Assembly (NCBI GenBank): GCA_040904565.1
Contig: JBBDTI010000093.1
Coordinates: 1 to 15,053 of the forward strand
Length of the DNA: 15,053 nucleotides
Direction: 5' to 3'
From: Rhodothermales bacterium
Lineage (GTDB): Bacteria > Bacteroidota > Rhodothermia > Rhodothermales > VXPQ01
The notes under the pieces were generated by a model, which worked only from the letters and a program-made list of their open reading frames with translations, was not told the DNA's origin and searched no databases. This document shows, piece by piece, positions 13,602-15,053 of this stretch (position 1 is the first letter of the stretch; each line of letters begins with the position of its first letter). The translations under genes were made by a program, and so were the position numbers.

Positions 13602-15053
13602 TTACTTCATCAGCACCATGCGTCGGACCGACCTGAAGGAGCCTGCCTCCAGGACGTAGACGTAGACGCCGTTGCTCAGCTCGGCCGCGTCGAAGCGCAC
13701 CTCGTGGCGGCCCGCCGCGAGGCTTCCGTCGACGAGCACGTCAATCTCCTGACCCATCATGTTGTAGACGCGCAGCACGATCGCACTCGCCTCAGGAAGC
13801 GCGAAGGTGATCGTGGTCGTCGGGTTGAACGGGTTGGGATAGTTCTGCTCGAGGGCAAACTCCGCCGGCAGCTCGGCCGCCTTCGCGGCGAGTTCGCTGG
13901 AAGCAACCGCGTCGGGCGCCGTGCCCTCCAGTGCGAGGGCCGGCTTCTCGGCCTCGGTCGTCGCGTCACCGCTTGCCGCCACCTTCGCCACGGTGCGCGC
14001 CGCAGGCGCGCACGAGGCCGGGGCATCGATCGTGAAGATCGGCGCGTCGGCCACGGCCGGCGTGTCCTGGTCGTGCGGCACGTGCACCTCGAAGGAGGCC
14101 GCCGCGGTGAGATCCACGCCGTCGGCCGCCGCCACGTTTACCGTGTAGACGCGGCCGTTGCCGCCGCCGAGCCGCTCGGCTCGGAGGTCGACCGTCTGGC
14201 AGTCCAGGATCACGATGTCGTTAACCGTGTTGCCGTCACCGCCGCCGCGCGGGCCCTTGCCCTTGCCGTTCTTCTTGCCGGCGGTCTCGTCGGGCTCGTC
14301 GCTCGAGACCGACGCGATCGACCCCGTGCCCAGATCCCCCGAGCACTGATCCGTCACGCTCACCACGCCGGAGAGGCTGATGGTGTGGTACTTGTGGTTC
14401 GGCGCCCACAGGCTCAGCGGTCCGCCGGAGATCGCGATAGACGGCGCGATCGTATCCTCGATCGTGACCGTGACCTCGTCCGTGTCCGTGGCCCCGTTGC
14501 CGTCATCGACGGTCAGCGTGATTACGTGCGTGCCGACCGGCAGCAGCACCGACGCGGTGGCGCCGGTGGCCAGGACGTTGCCGTCGGCGTCGGTCCACGT
14601 GTACGTGAGCGCATCCCCGTCGACATCGGAGGAGCCGCTGCCGTCGAGGGCGGCGGACGTACCGGCCGGACCCGCGCATTCGAGTGTGGCGTCACCTACG
14701 GCCACCGCCACCGGCGCCTGGTTGGCCTGCACGACGGTTCCATTCAGATTGACTCTGGCCTCGTGAAGATTGTTGCCGGTGGGACAGTCATCCATCTGCG
14801 TGATGACGACGCGGTTGATCTCGCCGGATACGATCAGGTCGGCGAGGTCGGACGTACCGGCTCCGCCCAGAAATACGTAGCTTCCGGCGACAACCGTACC
14901 GCTGGGATACGCGGAATTGTAGATCGATATCCGCGCGCCGTCGTCGATGCCGTTAAAGGTGATGGCGAAGGCATCGACCGTCACATTGGCGGGCACGTCC
15001 ACAAACGTCTGGAAATACGTGAAGTCGACCTGCACCCAGCACTGGGTCAGGAT
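13602..15053 (-). CDS. T9SS type-A sorting-domain (Por secretion tail) protein with a PKD/Ig-like domain; 5' end lies outside the window
   Basis: The frame is open to the window edge (ILTQCWVQVDFTYF...). It contains a PKD-like NQAPVA...LDGSGSSDVDGDALTYTW...GTHVITLTVDDG, an LWAPNHK...SSDEP...LRAER.G.GNGRVYTV domain and a C-terminal FALEQNYPNPFNPTTTITF...VYNMMGQ...LSNGVYVY...RRMVLMK. Confidence 0.92.
   Translation of the reverse strand: MLTQCWVQVDFTYFQTFVDVPANVTVDAFAITFNGIDDGARISIYNSAYPSGTVVAGSYVFLGGAGTSDLADLIVSGEINRVVITQMDDCPTGNNLHEARVNLNGTVVQANQAPVAVAVGDATLECAGPAGTSAALDGSGSSDVDGDALTYTWTDADGNVLATGATASVLLPVGTHVITLTVDDGNGATDTDEVTVTIEDTIAPSIAISGGPLSLWAPNHKYHTISLSGVVSVTDQCSGDLGTGSIASVSSDEPDETAGKKNGKGKGPRGGGDGNTVNDIVILDCQTVDLRAERLGGGNGRVYTVNVAAADGVDLTAAASFEVHVPHDQDTPAVADAPIFTIDAPASCAPAARTVAKVAASGDATTEAEKPALALEGTAPDAVASSELAAKAAELPAEFALEQNYPNPFNPTTTITFALPEASAIVLRVYNMMGQEIDVLVDGSLAAGRHEVRFDAAELSNGVYVYVLEAGSFRSVRRMVLMK

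Overview
A GC-rich (roughly 65% by eye) bacterial window, probably from a Rhodothermota-like FCB-group organism, judged from the NYPNPFNP-type T9SS tail and a Bacteroidota-type outer-membrane barrel. From left to right it holds: an ABC transporter ATPase (+); about 2.3 kb of three apparently decayed genes (a secreted-protein 5' remnant, a DUF1080-like/FG-GAP repeat gene with internal deletions and an amber stop, and a convergent internally deleted P-loop ATPase preceded by a perfect 22-bp palindrome); a ~100-nt structured intergenic element; a sigma70 promoter ahead of a 4-TM protein and a CBM9-like secreted protein; then, on the minus strand, a DHOD-like flavoprotein, pyruvate:ferredoxin/flavodoxin oxidoreductase (nifJ), a large outer-membrane beta-barrel protein, a strong terminator and the 3' part of a T9SS-secreted PKD-domain protein. 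I found no rRNA, tRNA, CRISPR array or intact mobile element. Nothing here is demonstrably a new system. The best leads are the PFOR paired with a DHOD-like protein lacking the catalytic Cys, the repeated motifs upstream of nifJ, the unassigned structured element at 3274-3372 and the palindrome at 3163-3184. All family calls come from motif recognition, not database searches.
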